A DNA stretch of 64,000 nt from Bacteroidota bacterium (GCA_039795345.1 JBDKEH010000022.1:24992-88991), one strand, 5' to 3'. Numbered from the stretch's first letter, positions 29,727 through 38,994 are shown. Numbers and translations are program-made. Notes: generated from the sequence alone by a model not told the origin.

Positions 29727-30444
29727 TGACGAGCCTCTTGCCAGAGGTATTGTAAAAGAATATTTGCAATTGTATCCTGATCTAGAACTGATTCAGGAAT
29801 GTGGGGATGGATTTGAAGGTGTGAAAGCCATACAACAACATCAACCTGATCTAGTGATACTGGATATTCAAATGCCCAAAATCAATGGCTTTGAAATGCT
29901 GGAACTAATTGAAAATCCTCCAGCGATCATATTCGCCACTGCATTTGAAGAATTTGCGATCAAAGCTTTTGAAACTCATGCAGTAGATTATTTATTAAAG
30001 CCATTTAGCAAAGAAAGATTTCAAAAAGCAATTGAAAAATGGAGACAGACTGAAATTGCAACACAACAAGGACGAACCAATGAGCTGATTGATGCTGCCG
30101 CTATTTCACCCCAACAACAGAACAGAATCGTGTTAAAGGATAATGGAAAGATTAAAATCATTCCAACGCATCAAGTACAATATTTTGAGGCGGCTGATGA
30201 TTATGTAAAAATTCATACTGCAGAAGGTGTATTTCTAAAAAATAAAACCATGCAATTCTTTGAAGATAAAATGGATGCAGGAAGTTTTGTGAGAATTCAT
30301 CGTTCTTACTTAGTGAATGTTCATCTCATTAGTAGAATTGAACCTTATGAGAAAGATGGACACCTAGCCATTCTTAACATTGGCATCAGGCTACCGGTCA
30401 GTAAAACCGGTTATTTAAAACTAAAAAGCGCTTTGGGTATTTAA
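29707..30444 (+). CDS. LytTR-family DNA-binding response regulator
   Basis: Receiver (VILDIQMP) plus a LytTR domain (FVRIHRSYLVN). It overlaps the kinase gene by 20 nt. Confidence 0.9.
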   Translation: MKVIIIDDEPLARGIVKEYLQLYPDLELIQECGDGFEGVKAIQQHQPDLVILDIQMPKINGFEMLELIENPPAIIFATAFEEFAIKAFETHAVDYLLKPFSKERFQKAIEKWRQTEIATQQGRTNELIDAAAISPQQQNRIVLKDNGKIKIIPTHQVQYFEAADDYVKIHTAEGVFLKNKTMQFFEDKMDAGSFVRIHRSYLVNVHLISRIEPYEKDGHLAILNIGIRLPVSKTGYLKLKSALGI

Positions 30445-30452
30445 GAAAGCAA

Positions 30453-30860
30453 TTAGTTGTTGGATCTATGACCGAAAGAAAATTTTCCAGCAGTTTCAAT
30501 GATAATATCCGGAATAGAAGCAAAATCCTTAGCCTTATCCAGAAAATAATCAGCACCGGCTTGCATACATTCAGTTCTATAACCTGATAAAGTATTGTTC
30601 GTTAGGATCACCACTATGGGGTCAATAGATTTATTACTGCGGATATCTTTCAGCATCTGCAAACCATTTTTGCCAGGCAAATTGATATCAAGAAAAATCA
30701 ATGAAGGATTATAAGCTTCTATCCACTGGTCGGCTTCTTCAGCACTAGTGGCTGTTCGTACCTCCTGAACCTGCCCCATGCCAGATAATAAATGTTGGAC
30801 ACGCTGCAGAATAAATTCTGAATCATCCACCAGTAATATTTTCAGCATCTTATCTATCAT
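30453..30860 (-). CDS. Single-domain response regulator (CheY-like receiver)
   Basis: KILLVDDSEF, FLDINLPG and the conserved K region. The start is placed at MIDKMLKIL (30860); 30848 is equally possible. Confidence 0.8.
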   Translation of the reverse strand: MIDKMLKILLVDDSEFILQRVQHLLSGMGQVQEVRTATSAEEADQWIEAYNPSLIFLDINLPGKNGLQMLKDIRSNKSIDPIVVILTNNTLSGYRTECMQAGADYFLDKAKDFASIPDIIIETAGKFSFGHRSNN

Positions 30861-31149
30861 AACTGATATGGACATCATTCCAAAGTTTTTAAAAGGGCTT
30901 TGCAGGAAAATACCTGCAAAGCCCATACAGCCATTGGCTGTAAGGTTTTTCCAGGACAATAAGTTTTAGTCAACCGAAATAGTTGACAAATTTTGGACTT
31001 TAATCAGGATAGAGGAATTTAAAAAGGATTATCGGCTACTGGTGGGGGAAGCTCGACCATACAAAGGACAATGAAACAATCCGATTGCCCTATACTATGA
31101 TTCGTGAAATAGCTGTAGTAATAACACTACACGCAAGAAAAAATCACGG

Positions 31150-31776
31150 TTACACGATATTGTTTTGTATGGCATACTTCACCAATTCAGCATTATTATG
31201 CAGCTTCATTTTATCCATGATCCTTGCTCTGTAAGTACTGATAGTATTGACATTTAAAGAAAGTATTTCTCCGATTTCTGAAATACTTTTTCCCATTACA
31301 ATCATTTTAAATACCTCGAACTCTCTATCAGATAGTTGTTCATGTGGGGCGCGCTGATCTTTTTGTTCTAGGGATCCTGCTAGTACCTCAGCCACTTCAC
31401 TTGTAATGTACTTTCGTCCACTTAAAATTTGCTGCACCGCCTTTACCAATTCATAAGGAGCACTTTCTTTGGTAAGATAACCGGATGCACCGGCCTTGAT
31501 GGCCCTTACTGCATATTGTTCAGGAGTATGCATGCTTAGCATAAGGACCGGAGTATTAGGAGCATGTTCTTTGATTTGCTTGAGTATCTCAATACCGGAA
31601 TAGCCTGGCATACTAATATCAGAAATAATGATATCCCACTTCTCACTGATCGCTTTTTTGAAAAGATCTGCAGAGTCAGCCACATCTTGTACTTCGGCTA
31701 AAGGCATAGCCTCCAACAATATCTTTCGCAATCCTTCTCTGATTAGACTATGATCATCTGCAATCAAAATTCTCAT
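31150..31776 (-). CDS. NarL/FixJ-family response regulator (receiver + LuxR HTH)
   Basis: MRILIADDH, ISDISMPG and LSDREFEVFKMIVMGKSISEIGEILSLNVNTISTYRARIMDKM. Confidence 0.9.
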   Translation of the reverse strand: MRILIADDHSLIREGLRKILLEAMPLAEVQDVADSADLFKKAISEKWDIIISDISMPGYSGIEILKQIKEHAPNTPVLMLSMHTPEQYAVRAIKAGASGYLTKESAPYELVKAVQQILSGRKYITSEVAEVLAGSLEQKDQRAPHEQLSDREFEVFKMIVMGKSISEIGEILSLNVNTISTYRARIMDKMKLHNNAELVKYAIQNNIV

Positions 31777-32015
31777 TGATATCTCCTTTTCAGTAAGTAA
31801 TGATTAATGGGGCAATTCAAAAATACATATCTATTCTCTCTATACACGGATTATTGTTTAGGAATATTGTTTTGATTACCAAAAATATTTTGACAAACAT
31901 CCGATTACATCTTATCAAAAGCAATGATCCAAGTACTAAAAGAATTATTTAAAAATTCATGCCAATAGAAAAATACTTCTTTTTTAAGAAGAAAAGAAAT
32001 TTAGAATATACCGCT

Positions 32016-32053
32016 AAAAAAAGAGAGTGGGGCAACTGGTTGCCCCACTCTCT
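32016..32053 (-). terminator. Strong intrinsic terminator (14-bp stem) in a long intergenic spacer
   Basis: AGAGAGTGGGGCAA-CTGG-TTGCCCCACTCTCT. On the minus strand the stem is followed by a U-run of at least 6 (the A-run at 32016-32022 on plus). Confidence 0.75.
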
Positions 32054-32106
32054 GGTCTTTACAATTCGGTATAGGATTTATATGCTAAAGGAGATTGGAT
32101 CGAAAG

Positions 32107-32137
32107 AAAAATGTAATAAGAGATTATTACATTTTTT
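32107..32137. terminator. AT-rich bidirectional hairpin with flanking A- and T-runs
   Basis: AAAAATGTAATAA-GAGA-TTATTACATTTTT, followed by TTTGGTTTTTT on plus. Confidence 0.5.
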
Positions 32138-32367
32138 TGGTTTTTTGGATATCGGCGAAATAATTCTTTCGAATCATTTACTGTATGCAATTTACATCCG
32201 TCTGAGGCGAAGTATTGTGTTTATTTCACTGATTTACTCCGTTTAAAACACTGAATTTTATTTAAAAAAATTTAGCGAGGCATTCAAAAAAGGATTTTAT
32301 AACAATGGTTATCAGTTATTTATGAAGACATAAATAATAATATTCAATAAAACCATGATTTTGATCT

Positions 32368-32781
32368 CTACTGAGATGAGTTACAAAGCGCAATAATATC
32401 CTTGATTTTTCTTTCATCCAATGGTTTTGAGAAGATATCCTTCACAGTAGCGTAAGTCCTGGCCTTATCGATATCCTCATAATATACAGATGAGGTAAAC
32501 ATAATGATATGGATCTTCTCAAATCCTGGTCTTTTTAATTTGTCAAATTCTGCCAAAAATTCCCATCCGTCCATAACAGGCATATTGATATCTAACAAAA
32601 TGATATCAGGCAGTTGATCGGGGCTATCAGCGCGTGACTGTAAGTATTCGATGGCTTCATGTCCGTTTAAAACAGCATCAATTTGTGGAGAAGGCATATA
32701 GATGCGAAGCATTTCCCTGCTTAGAAAATTGGTAACATCATCATCATCAACCAACAATATATGGCAACCCCGTTCACTCAT
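32368..32781 (-). CDS. Single-domain response regulator (receiver)
   Basis: ILLVDDDD, LLDINMPVMDG and the conserved K in FSKPL. It overlaps the upstream kinase gene by 8 nt. Confidence 0.85.
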   Translation of the reverse strand: MSERGCHILLVDDDDVTNFLSREMLRIYMPSPQIDAVLNGHEAIEYLQSRADSPDQLPDIILLDINMPVMDGWEFLAEFDKLKRPGFEKIHIIMFTSSVYYEDIDKARTYATVKDIFSKPLDERKIKDIIALCNSSQ

Positions 32782-35026
32782 GAGATAGCTTTTTTTTCTT
32801 CAGGAATACATGAAACATGCTTCCTTTATTCACAATACTTTCAACGGCGATCTTACCTTCCAAAGCCTCAATCTGGTTTTTGATAATATATAATCCCAGT
32901 CCCTTTCCGTCTTTGTTGTCATGAAAACGCTGATATAAACCAAATATTTTATTACCATATTTTTCCATGTCAATACCGGTACCATTATCTTTCACATAGA
33001 GTATAACATATTCCCCATCTTCCTCCGTACTTACAATGATTTCAGGTGGCACATCAGGTTTACGGTATTTGATCGCATTGGTTAATAAATTCAGCAAAAT
33101 ACTGTGCAATACTTTTCTTGAAAAGAGCATAGATGGCGCTTTGGAAAAATCAGTATGAATGGTGGCTTCTTTTAGTCTTATCTCTTCTGAAATTAATTCC
33201 AATACTTTATTTAGTTCTTCCTCGAAATACAGCACTTCATCTTTTTCTGCCATGTTTGCCCTTGATGATAATATTTCATTGAGATCATTCAAGGTCGCAT
33301 GCAATCTTTCAACACTCATTTCCATTTTTTCCAGAAAAACCATATTTCTTTCTGATAAGTGTTGCTTATCAAATAAACTCAATAAACTGATCAGATTGGC
33401 TACAGGTGCTCGTAAATTATGTGATGTGATATAAGCAAACTGTTGTAGCTCGCGATTACTGTGCATCAATTCCTGCGATAATTGTCTTAATTCTATTTCC
33501 TTCTGTTTGATATTGTCCACATCTAAATGAATACCCGACAAACGTATAGCCTTACCGGTTTCTTCACGCATACTGGCTTTACTCATTGTCAATATCCATT
33601 TCCATCTGCGATCTTTTGTTCGCATACGAATCATTGCCTGATAAACCTCGCTTTTCCCTTCCAAATGATCGTTGAGTAGCTGTAACAGACCAGACTTCTC
33701 ATTGGGGTGTAACAATTGTTCAAAAGTGGAGAAACTATTAGGCAACTCATGTGGCTGATAACCCAACATCAGTTTCCACTGATCATTGAAATACACTTCA
33801 TTGTTTTTAATATCCCAATCCCATATTCCTAAACCTGCAGCTACTGTGGCCATTTCCAATCTTTGCTCACTGATGCTTAACAATTGCTGAGCATGAGCCC
33901 TTTCAATAATTTCGGCTTCCAGTTGTTCGGTTCTCTTTTTTACGGCTCGTCTGAGAGAGAACCCATACAAAACAGAGATCAATAACAATGAAAGAACAAT
34001 GATGGAAATGTAAACCGCATTTCGAAAAAATTTAGACGTTACTTTCTGTGTACCATCATACAAAAAGTCGGTGAGATCCGGTGTATTTTTTATCAAACCT
34101 AATTGACGATGGATCTCTACAATATGACGCCATCTGCCCTCATTCATATGACCAATCTCAACCAGATCAGGCAATATCAAGTTACGCATCGCTTCTGCCT
34201 CTACTAATAGATCATCTTTGGTGACACCTCTCTCTTTTACGCCGGGTAAGGTTAGAATATAATCCGCTATCTCACTTGTATGACTCATCGCGTAAGCCCA
34301 TCCTTTGAAACTTGCTTCAGTAAATTTTCGAATGAGCAATGGTTCTGCCTCTGCAAGATTCTTTTTGGTAAACAATACATCACCATAAAAATCAATCCCA
34401 TAATTAATGGGAAGAATAAATGAAGGCTCTACTCCCAATTTTCTGAGTTGGTTTACTTCTACCGATATATAAGCTGAAATAGCATCCGCTTTATCCTCTA
34501 TCAGATCCGTATTCTTCCAGCTATGTGATAATAATCTCAAAGAATCCGGTGCTATACCTTCACGAAGAAATACTGCTTTTAACTCTGTCCAACCTTGATC
34601 AGGAGATGCCATCAAACGCTTACCAATTAAATCTGAAGGAACGTGGATGTTTTTTTCTTTGAGCGATAAGATTGTATAAGGCGAGTGTTGGAAAATAGCA
34701 CCTAATGCCACAAGAGGTTGGCCATTTGCATACTCAACTACCAGATCAGAACCGGTAATGCCAAAATCGGCCTCATCTTTCAATACCTGTGGCAAGGGTG
34801 CATGAGAAGGGTCACCTGGAATTAATTTTACTTTTAATCCTTGTTCTTTATAAAAGCCTTTTATTTCAGCTGCATAATATCCCGCAAACTGAAATTGATG
34901 CCACCATTTTAATTGAACACGTAAAGAGTCACCTGCTGCTAATAGCTGTACAGAACAGATCAAAGTCAGCAAACAAAATATCCAGGATTTAAGCAAGATG
35001 GGGCGGCCTTCAATCACTTTCATCAA
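32774..35026 (-). CDS. Sensor histidine kinase with a periplasmic solute-binding-protein-like (NMT1/SsuA-like) domain, TM, PAS, HisKA and HATPase_c
   Basis: Signal/TM at the N-terminus, SBP-like roughly 300 aa, a PAS region (GLGIWDWDI), H-box ITSHNLRAPV and G-boxes DNGTGID and GKGLGL. Confidence 0.85.
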   Translation of the reverse strand: MMKVIEGRPILLKSWIFCLLTLICSVQLLAAGDSLRVQLKWWHQFQFAGYYAAEIKGFYKEQGLKVKLIPGDPSHAPLPQVLKDEADFGITGSDLVVEYANGQPLVALGAIFQHSPYTILSLKEKNIHVPSDLIGKRLMASPDQGWTELKAVFLREGIAPDSLRLLSHSWKNTDLIEDKADAISAYISVEVNQLRKLGVEPSFILPINYGIDFYGDVLFTKKNLAEAEPLLIRKFTEASFKGWAYAMSHTSEIADYILTLPGVKERGVTKDDLLVEAEAMRNLILPDLVEIGHMNEGRWRHIVEIHRQLGLIKNTPDLTDFLYDGTQKVTSKFFRNAVYISIIVLSLLLISVLYGFSLRRAVKKRTEQLEAEIIERAHAQQLLSISEQRLEMATVAAGLGIWDWDIKNNEVYFNDQWKLMLGYQPHELPNSFSTFEQLLHPNEKSGLLQLLNDHLEGKSEVYQAMIRMRTKDRRWKWILTMSKASMREETGKAIRLSGIHLDVDNIKQKEIELRQLSQELMHSNRELQQFAYITSHNLRAPVANLISLLSLFDKQHLSERNMVFLEKMEMSVERLHATLNDLNEILSSRANMAEKDEVLYFEEELNKVLELISEEIRLKEATIHTDFSKAPSMLFSRKVLHSILLNLLTNAIKYRKPDVPPEIIVSTEEDGEYVILYVKDNGTGIDMEKYGNKIFGLYQRFHDNKDGKGLGLYIIKNQIEALEGKIAVESIVNKGSMFHVFLKKKKLSHE

Positions 35027-35117
35027 ATTACTATCTCAATATACTTTTTTTTCGGCTCGCCTGAATCTTGAACAGTAAAATAGTGTGTTTATGAGTACAT
35101 ACAGGGATTCAGTCAAT

Positions 35118-35146
35118 AAAAAAGAGACAACAAATGTTGTCTCTTT
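35118..35146 (-). terminator. Intrinsic terminator downstream of tRNA-Leu
   Basis: AAAGAGACAAC-AAAT-GTTGTCTCTTT (11-bp stem), with a U-run on the minus strand. Confidence 0.75.
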
Positions 35147-35153
35147 AATTAAG

Positions 35154-35236
35154 TGCCCAGGACTGGATTCGAACCAGCACACCCGTGAAGGCGCTGCGAC
35201 CTGAACACAGTGCGTCTACCAATTTCGCCACCTGGG
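35154..35236 (-). tRNA. tRNA-Leu (anticodon CAG), type II with long variable arm
   Basis: The minus strand gives GCCCAGG-TG-GCGA..AATTGGTAGA..CGC-A-CTGTG-TTCAGGT-CGCAG-(variable arm)-GCTGG-TTCGAAT-CCAGT-CCTGGGC-A. The cloverleaf was checked by hand. No encoded CCA. Confidence 0.9.
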
Positions 35237-35273
35237 CAGGTGTTTTCAGCTGATGGGCTGATGTTTCAGGGCT

Positions 35274-35281
35274 GCAAATAT
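35274..35281 (-). promoter_or_regulatory. Bacteroidota -7 box (TATATTTG) upstream of tRNA-Leu
   Basis: Exact TAnnTTTG match on the minus strand, about 37 nt upstream of the mature 5' end. Confidence 0.4.
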
Positions 35282-35338
35282 AATAGCAAAGCGCCCTTTC
35301 TGCCAAAGTAAATTTTAAAACGTCACATTTACATCTTC

Positions 35339-36322
35339 TTAAAGTACCATTAGGCTACAGCCTCTAATATCACTATGATCCAACCTCCCCCATACCTCAA
35401 ATTTTCCATCTTCATAAACCCTACCCACATCCTCCGTTGAAATAAAGGAACAACTGTATACATTGGCTAGATCAATGAGCTGTATTACCCCTTTCCCTAT
35501 TTGCACCTCTCCTAGCGGATCCTCTTCATCTCGAACCATTACCTTCAACCAAGGTGGGCATTCAAAGATGCCATCTCCTTTTGAATAAGCTTGACTTAAC
35601 AACTCTGTCATACCATATTCAGAATGAATGGTAGGAACACCTAACTGTTTTGAAAGAAATGAATGTACTTCTTCCCTTGTGATCTCTTTCCTTCTGCCCT
35701 TCATCCCTCCTGTTTCCATTACAATGGTATGTTTCAACTGCTGAGGATAAGCGGTTGCAAAATCCAATAACCCAAATGTAACTCCTAATAAGAGGGTCTT
35801 TTGTCCGGATAGTTCTAATACTTTTAATGTTTGATCCAACTCATCATGATTGTACAGGTAGAATCCGCTATTGGGATGCCCTGTCATTTTGATCAACTCA
35901 TCTGCCATCATCACCAATGAAGAATGTTGTCTTTCGAGATAAGCAGGTAAAAGGGCAAGAATGCACCATTCGTTGATCTTGCCATAAAACATTTCAAAAG
36001 CTTGGATAAAACTGCGTCTATAAAGATCCATATCCTTTACCCAGTGGCGGCTATTTTGGGTTTGCGTAGTACCGCTACTTTCAAAAAAATGTGCCGCTTC
36101 AACACCGGATAATACCTTTTGCTGTTTAAAGAAAGACACAGGCAACGAGGGAATTTGTTCTCGTGTCTTAACATGGAGTGGATTTTTACCAATTAGCTCA
36201 CACCATTGATGATAAACAGGATTGTGCTGATACTGAAACCGGAATACATCCATGCACACTTCATCGAAATGGTCAACAGAAAGAGAGAAAATATTGTTAA
36301 CATCAAAGGGTAATCCGGTCAT
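35339..36322 (-). CDS. LuxE-like acyl-protein synthetase / acyltransferase family protein
   Basis: 327 aa. The start FRFQYQHNPVYHQWCELIG and an adenylate-forming-like core are as recalled for Bacteroidota LuxE-family proteins. Confidence 0.6.
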   Translation of the reverse strand: MTGLPFDVNNIFSLSVDHFDEVCMDVFRFQYQHNPVYHQWCELIGKNPLHVKTREQIPSLPVSFFKQQKVLSGVEAAHFFESSGTTQTQNSRHWVKDMDLYRRSFIQAFEMFYGKINEWCILALLPAYLERQHSSLVMMADELIKMTGHPNSGFYLYNHDELDQTLKVLELSGQKTLLLGVTFGLLDFATAYPQQLKHTIVMETGGMKGRRKEITREEVHSFLSKQLGVPTIHSEYGMTELLSQAYSKGDGIFECPPWLKVMVRDEEDPLGEVQIGKGVIQLIDLANVYSCSFISTEDVGRVYEDGKFEVWGRLDHSDIRGCSLMVL

Positions 36323-36350
36323 CTATTGTGATGTTTTAACTAAATTTGAT

Positions 36351-36809
36351 ATGAAAGCAGTACGAATGAAGGCAAAATTATTGATAATAAGTGCAATTAC
36401 GCTGGCATTAGTTGCCTGCAAGAAAGATACCTATACCACCAAACCTCAGTTAACCTTCAAAAGTGTGAATGGAACTAGTTTTGGTCCTAATTCGGCGATC
36501 ATCTTTTCTATTGAATTTACTGACAGAGAAGGAGACATTCAAGATAGCATCTGGGTACAAAAAGTAACAAGAGTCAATGGCTGTACGAATTTTAGTGATC
36601 GTGTAAAGATTCCTTCATTTACACCCACCAGTAATCTAAAAGGCACTTTTGAGATTGGCTACAGCACCGGTAATATACCCGGCAGCAATTATACCGTTAT
36701 TCCTACCTGCAGCAGAACAGATACTTGTTTCTTCCGATTCTGGGCAAGTGATATCGCAAAAAATAAAAGTGATACGGTTGTATCTCCCAACATCATCATT
36801 AGGAGATAA
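36351..36809 (+). CDS. Small lipoprotein, function unknown
   Basis: Start moved to MKAVRMKAKLLIISAITLALVACKKD (lipobox LVAC). The upstream part of the track ORF overlaps the divergent gene. Confidence 0.6.
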   Translation: MKAVRMKAKLLIISAITLALVACKKDTYTTKPQLTFKSVNGTSFGPNSAIIFSIEFTDREGDIQDSIWVQKVTRVNGCTNFSDRVKIPSFTPTSNLKGTFEIGYSTGNIPGSNYTVIPTCSRTDTCFFRFWASDIAKNKSDTVVSPNIIIRR

Positions 36810-36843
36810 GGATCGTTTCCTGACTTCCCAGCTTTTGTAAGCT

Positions 36844-37764
36844 ATGGTGAAAGCATTTGATAGATTATTCCATACTGTTTTCTTTGGCAACTACTTTTAT
36901 GGTATCTGTGCCGTCGCATTGTCATTGGAAGCGACCCTTCAACAAGATTTTCCATTCAATCATGTTTCCTGGTATCTTTTACTTTTTTCCGGAACGATCG
37001 TCTATTATACTATTGCATACTTACATGAAAAAAACAACCCCAGTATCAACCCTCGCACCATTTGGTATAAAGAACATCAGGGTTGGATTAAAAGATCACA
37101 ACTTGTATTGATATCAATAGCTATGATTTGTGGGGGATATCTAATTTTCTCCTATTGGACTGCTTTACAGCATATCAAAGGCTGGCAAATGGTGTTGATC
37201 TTGATCTTCCCGTTATTGGCTTTATGGTATTACAGTAATATAATTCCGGGACTTCAATGGTCGAGCCTCCGCTCCAAAGGATGGATCAAACCTTTTGTGA
37301 TCGGTTTTATATGGGCAGGAGCAGTCAATATTTATCCTGCCATTCTTTCTGCACTCGAAAACAATCGCAGTTATGAGCCTACACTCTTTCACTTCTTACT
37401 ATTCCTCAAAAACGGCATGTTCATCTCCATGCTATGTATTCTTTTTGATATTAAAGATTATGCAACCGATCACAATGAAGAACTCAAGACTTTTGTTGTG
37501 AGATTTGGTCTTCGTAAAACCCTTTTCTACATTATAATACCTCTGACCATCATCGGATTAGGTACTTTTCTAGTCTATGGTTTTTTACACGATTTTCCCT
37601 TGATTCGTATGGTCATCAACACTATCCCCTTTATTTTGTTGATAATTGTGACCTACCACATGCACCGTCGTAAAAGCATTCTCTATTATCTTGCAATTAT
37701 TGACGGATTAATGTTGGTGAAAGCGCTTTGTGGTATTACCGGAAGTTTTATACACCACTCCTGA
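36844..37764 (+). CDS. Polytopic membrane protein, divergent UbiA-prenyltransferase-like
   Basis: Eight or nine TM helices. FDIKDYATDHNEELKTFVV resembles the second Asp-rich UbiA motif and LRSKGWIKPFVIGFIW resembles the LKR..K segment. No first Asp-rich motif was found. Confidence 0.45.
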   Translation: MVKAFDRLFHTVFFGNYFYGICAVALSLEATLQQDFPFNHVSWYLLLFSGTIVYYTIAYLHEKNNPSINPRTIWYKEHQGWIKRSQLVLISIAMICGGYLIFSYWTALQHIKGWQMVLILIFPLLALWYYSNIIPGLQWSSLRSKGWIKPFVIGFIWAGAVNIYPAILSALENNRSYEPTLFHFLLFLKNGMFISMLCILFDIKDYATDHNEELKTFVVRFGLRKTLFYIIIPLTIIGLGTFLVYGFLHDFPLIRMVINTIPFILLIIVTYHMHRRKSILYYLAIIDGLMLVKALCGITGSFIHHS

Positions 37765-37794
37765 TCAGAACTTATTACTTTAATTGAACATGTT

Positions 37795-38916
37795 ATGGCA
37801 AAAGCAAAAACAGTCGTAAAGACAAAGTCAAAATCTATTCTGACAGATAAATCACTTGATTTTCTGAAAAAATACATCAACACACCATCTCCTGTTGGTT
37901 TTGAAAGCAGTGGGCAAAAAGTATGGTTGGACTATGTAAAACCATATACCGATAGTTTTTTTACCGACCCTTATGGAACAGCAGTTGGAGTGATCAATCC
38001 TACAGCTCCTTTTAAAGTGGTCATTGAAGCTCATGCGGATGAAATCAGTTGGTTTGTAAACTATATCAATGATCAGGGATTGATCTATCTGAAAAGAAAT
38101 GGAGGTGTTGATCATCAGATCGCTCCTGCCATGCGTGTATTCATTCATGGAAAGAAAGGACCTGTAAAAGCAGTATTTGGATGGCCGGCCATTCACACAC
38201 GCTTAAGCAATCCGGATGCAAAAGAACCTCAACCTAAAGTAGACAATCTTTGTCTCGATTGCGGTGCTCGTAGTAAAAAAGAGGTCGAAGCGTTAGGCAT
38301 ACACATCGGTGCTGTTGTCACTTACCAGGAAGGATTTGATGAACTAGCCAATGATTTTTACATCGGTCGAGCTTTTGACAATCGTATTGGTGGTTTTATG
38401 ATCGCAGAAGTTGCACGACTTCTTCATGAAAACAAAAAGAAACTACCCTTTGGTTTGTATGTGGTAAACGCTGTACAAGAGGAAATTGGCTTAAGAGGTG
38501 CTGAAATGATCGCAAGAAGAATCAAACCAGATATTGCTATCGTTACTGATGTTACACATGATACTAGCACTCCAATGATCAGTAAGATCATAGAAGGTGA
38601 TATTCAATGTGGAAAAGGTCCTTCTCTGGCATATGCACCTGCTATTCACAACAAACTTTTGAAGATCGTAGAAGATGTAGCTGAGAAGAATAAGATACCT
38701 GTTCAGTTAAGAACACTCAGCAGAAGTACCGGAACTGATACCGATAGTTTTGCTTATGCCAATGATGGATGTCCATCTGTTTTGATCTCTATCCCATTAA
38801 GATATATGCACACAACTGTGGAGATGTTACATAAAAATGACATCGAAGAGACGATCAAACTGATGTACCAAACACTTTTGACATTAACACCCAAAACAAA
38901 CCTGAGCTATCTTTGA
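37795..38916 (+). CDS. M42-family metallo-aminopeptidase (FrvX/glutamyl aminopeptidase-like)
   Basis: SPVGFE, IEAHADEI, AFDNRIG, VQEEIGLRGA and YMHT blocks of the M42 family. Confidence 0.85.
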   Translation: MAKAKTVVKTKSKSILTDKSLDFLKKYINTPSPVGFESSGQKVWLDYVKPYTDSFFTDPYGTAVGVINPTAPFKVVIEAHADEISWFVNYINDQGLIYLKRNGGVDHQIAPAMRVFIHGKKGPVKAVFGWPAIHTRLSNPDAKEPQPKVDNLCLDCGARSKKEVEALGIHIGAVVTYQEGFDELANDFYIGRAFDNRIGGFMIAEVARLLHENKKKLPFGLYVVNAVQEEIGLRGAEMIARRIKPDIAIVTDVTHDTSTPMISKIIEGDIQCGKGPSLAYAPAIHNKLLKIVEDVAEKNKIPVQLRTLSRSTGTDTDSFAYANDGCPSVLISIPLRYMHTTVEMLHKNDIEETIKLMYQTLLTLTPKTNLSYL

Positions 38917-38927
38917 TCTATGATTTC

Positions 38928-38982
38928 TTGATTCGTTGATCTTTGATTTTTTTCTTCAGAAAATCAAAGATCAACGAATCAA
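38928..38982. repeat. Perfect 23-bp-stem hairpin built from TTGATNN words
   Basis: Left arm 38928-38950 (TTGATTCGTTGATCTTTGATTTT) is the exact reverse complement of 38960-38982, with a 9-nt loop. TGAT recurs at 38914, 38921, 38929, 38937 and 38944. It follows the M42 stop and precedes the next ATG by 13 nt. Confidence 0.9.
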
Positions 38983-38994
38983 ACTTCTTTCCTT

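Noticed and set aside
31959-32246. 95-aa plus-strand ORF in the 590-nt spacer
   Set aside because: It runs straight through two terminator-grade hairpins and is AT-rich and low-complexity, so it is unlikely to be coding.
35237-35273. Interleaved short direct repeats (GCTGATG x2, TTTCAG x2) in the tRNA-Leu leader as another word element
   Set aside because: There are only two copies of each word, the spacing is irregular (8 and about 20 nt) and no stable stem forms. This is too weak to distinguish from chance.
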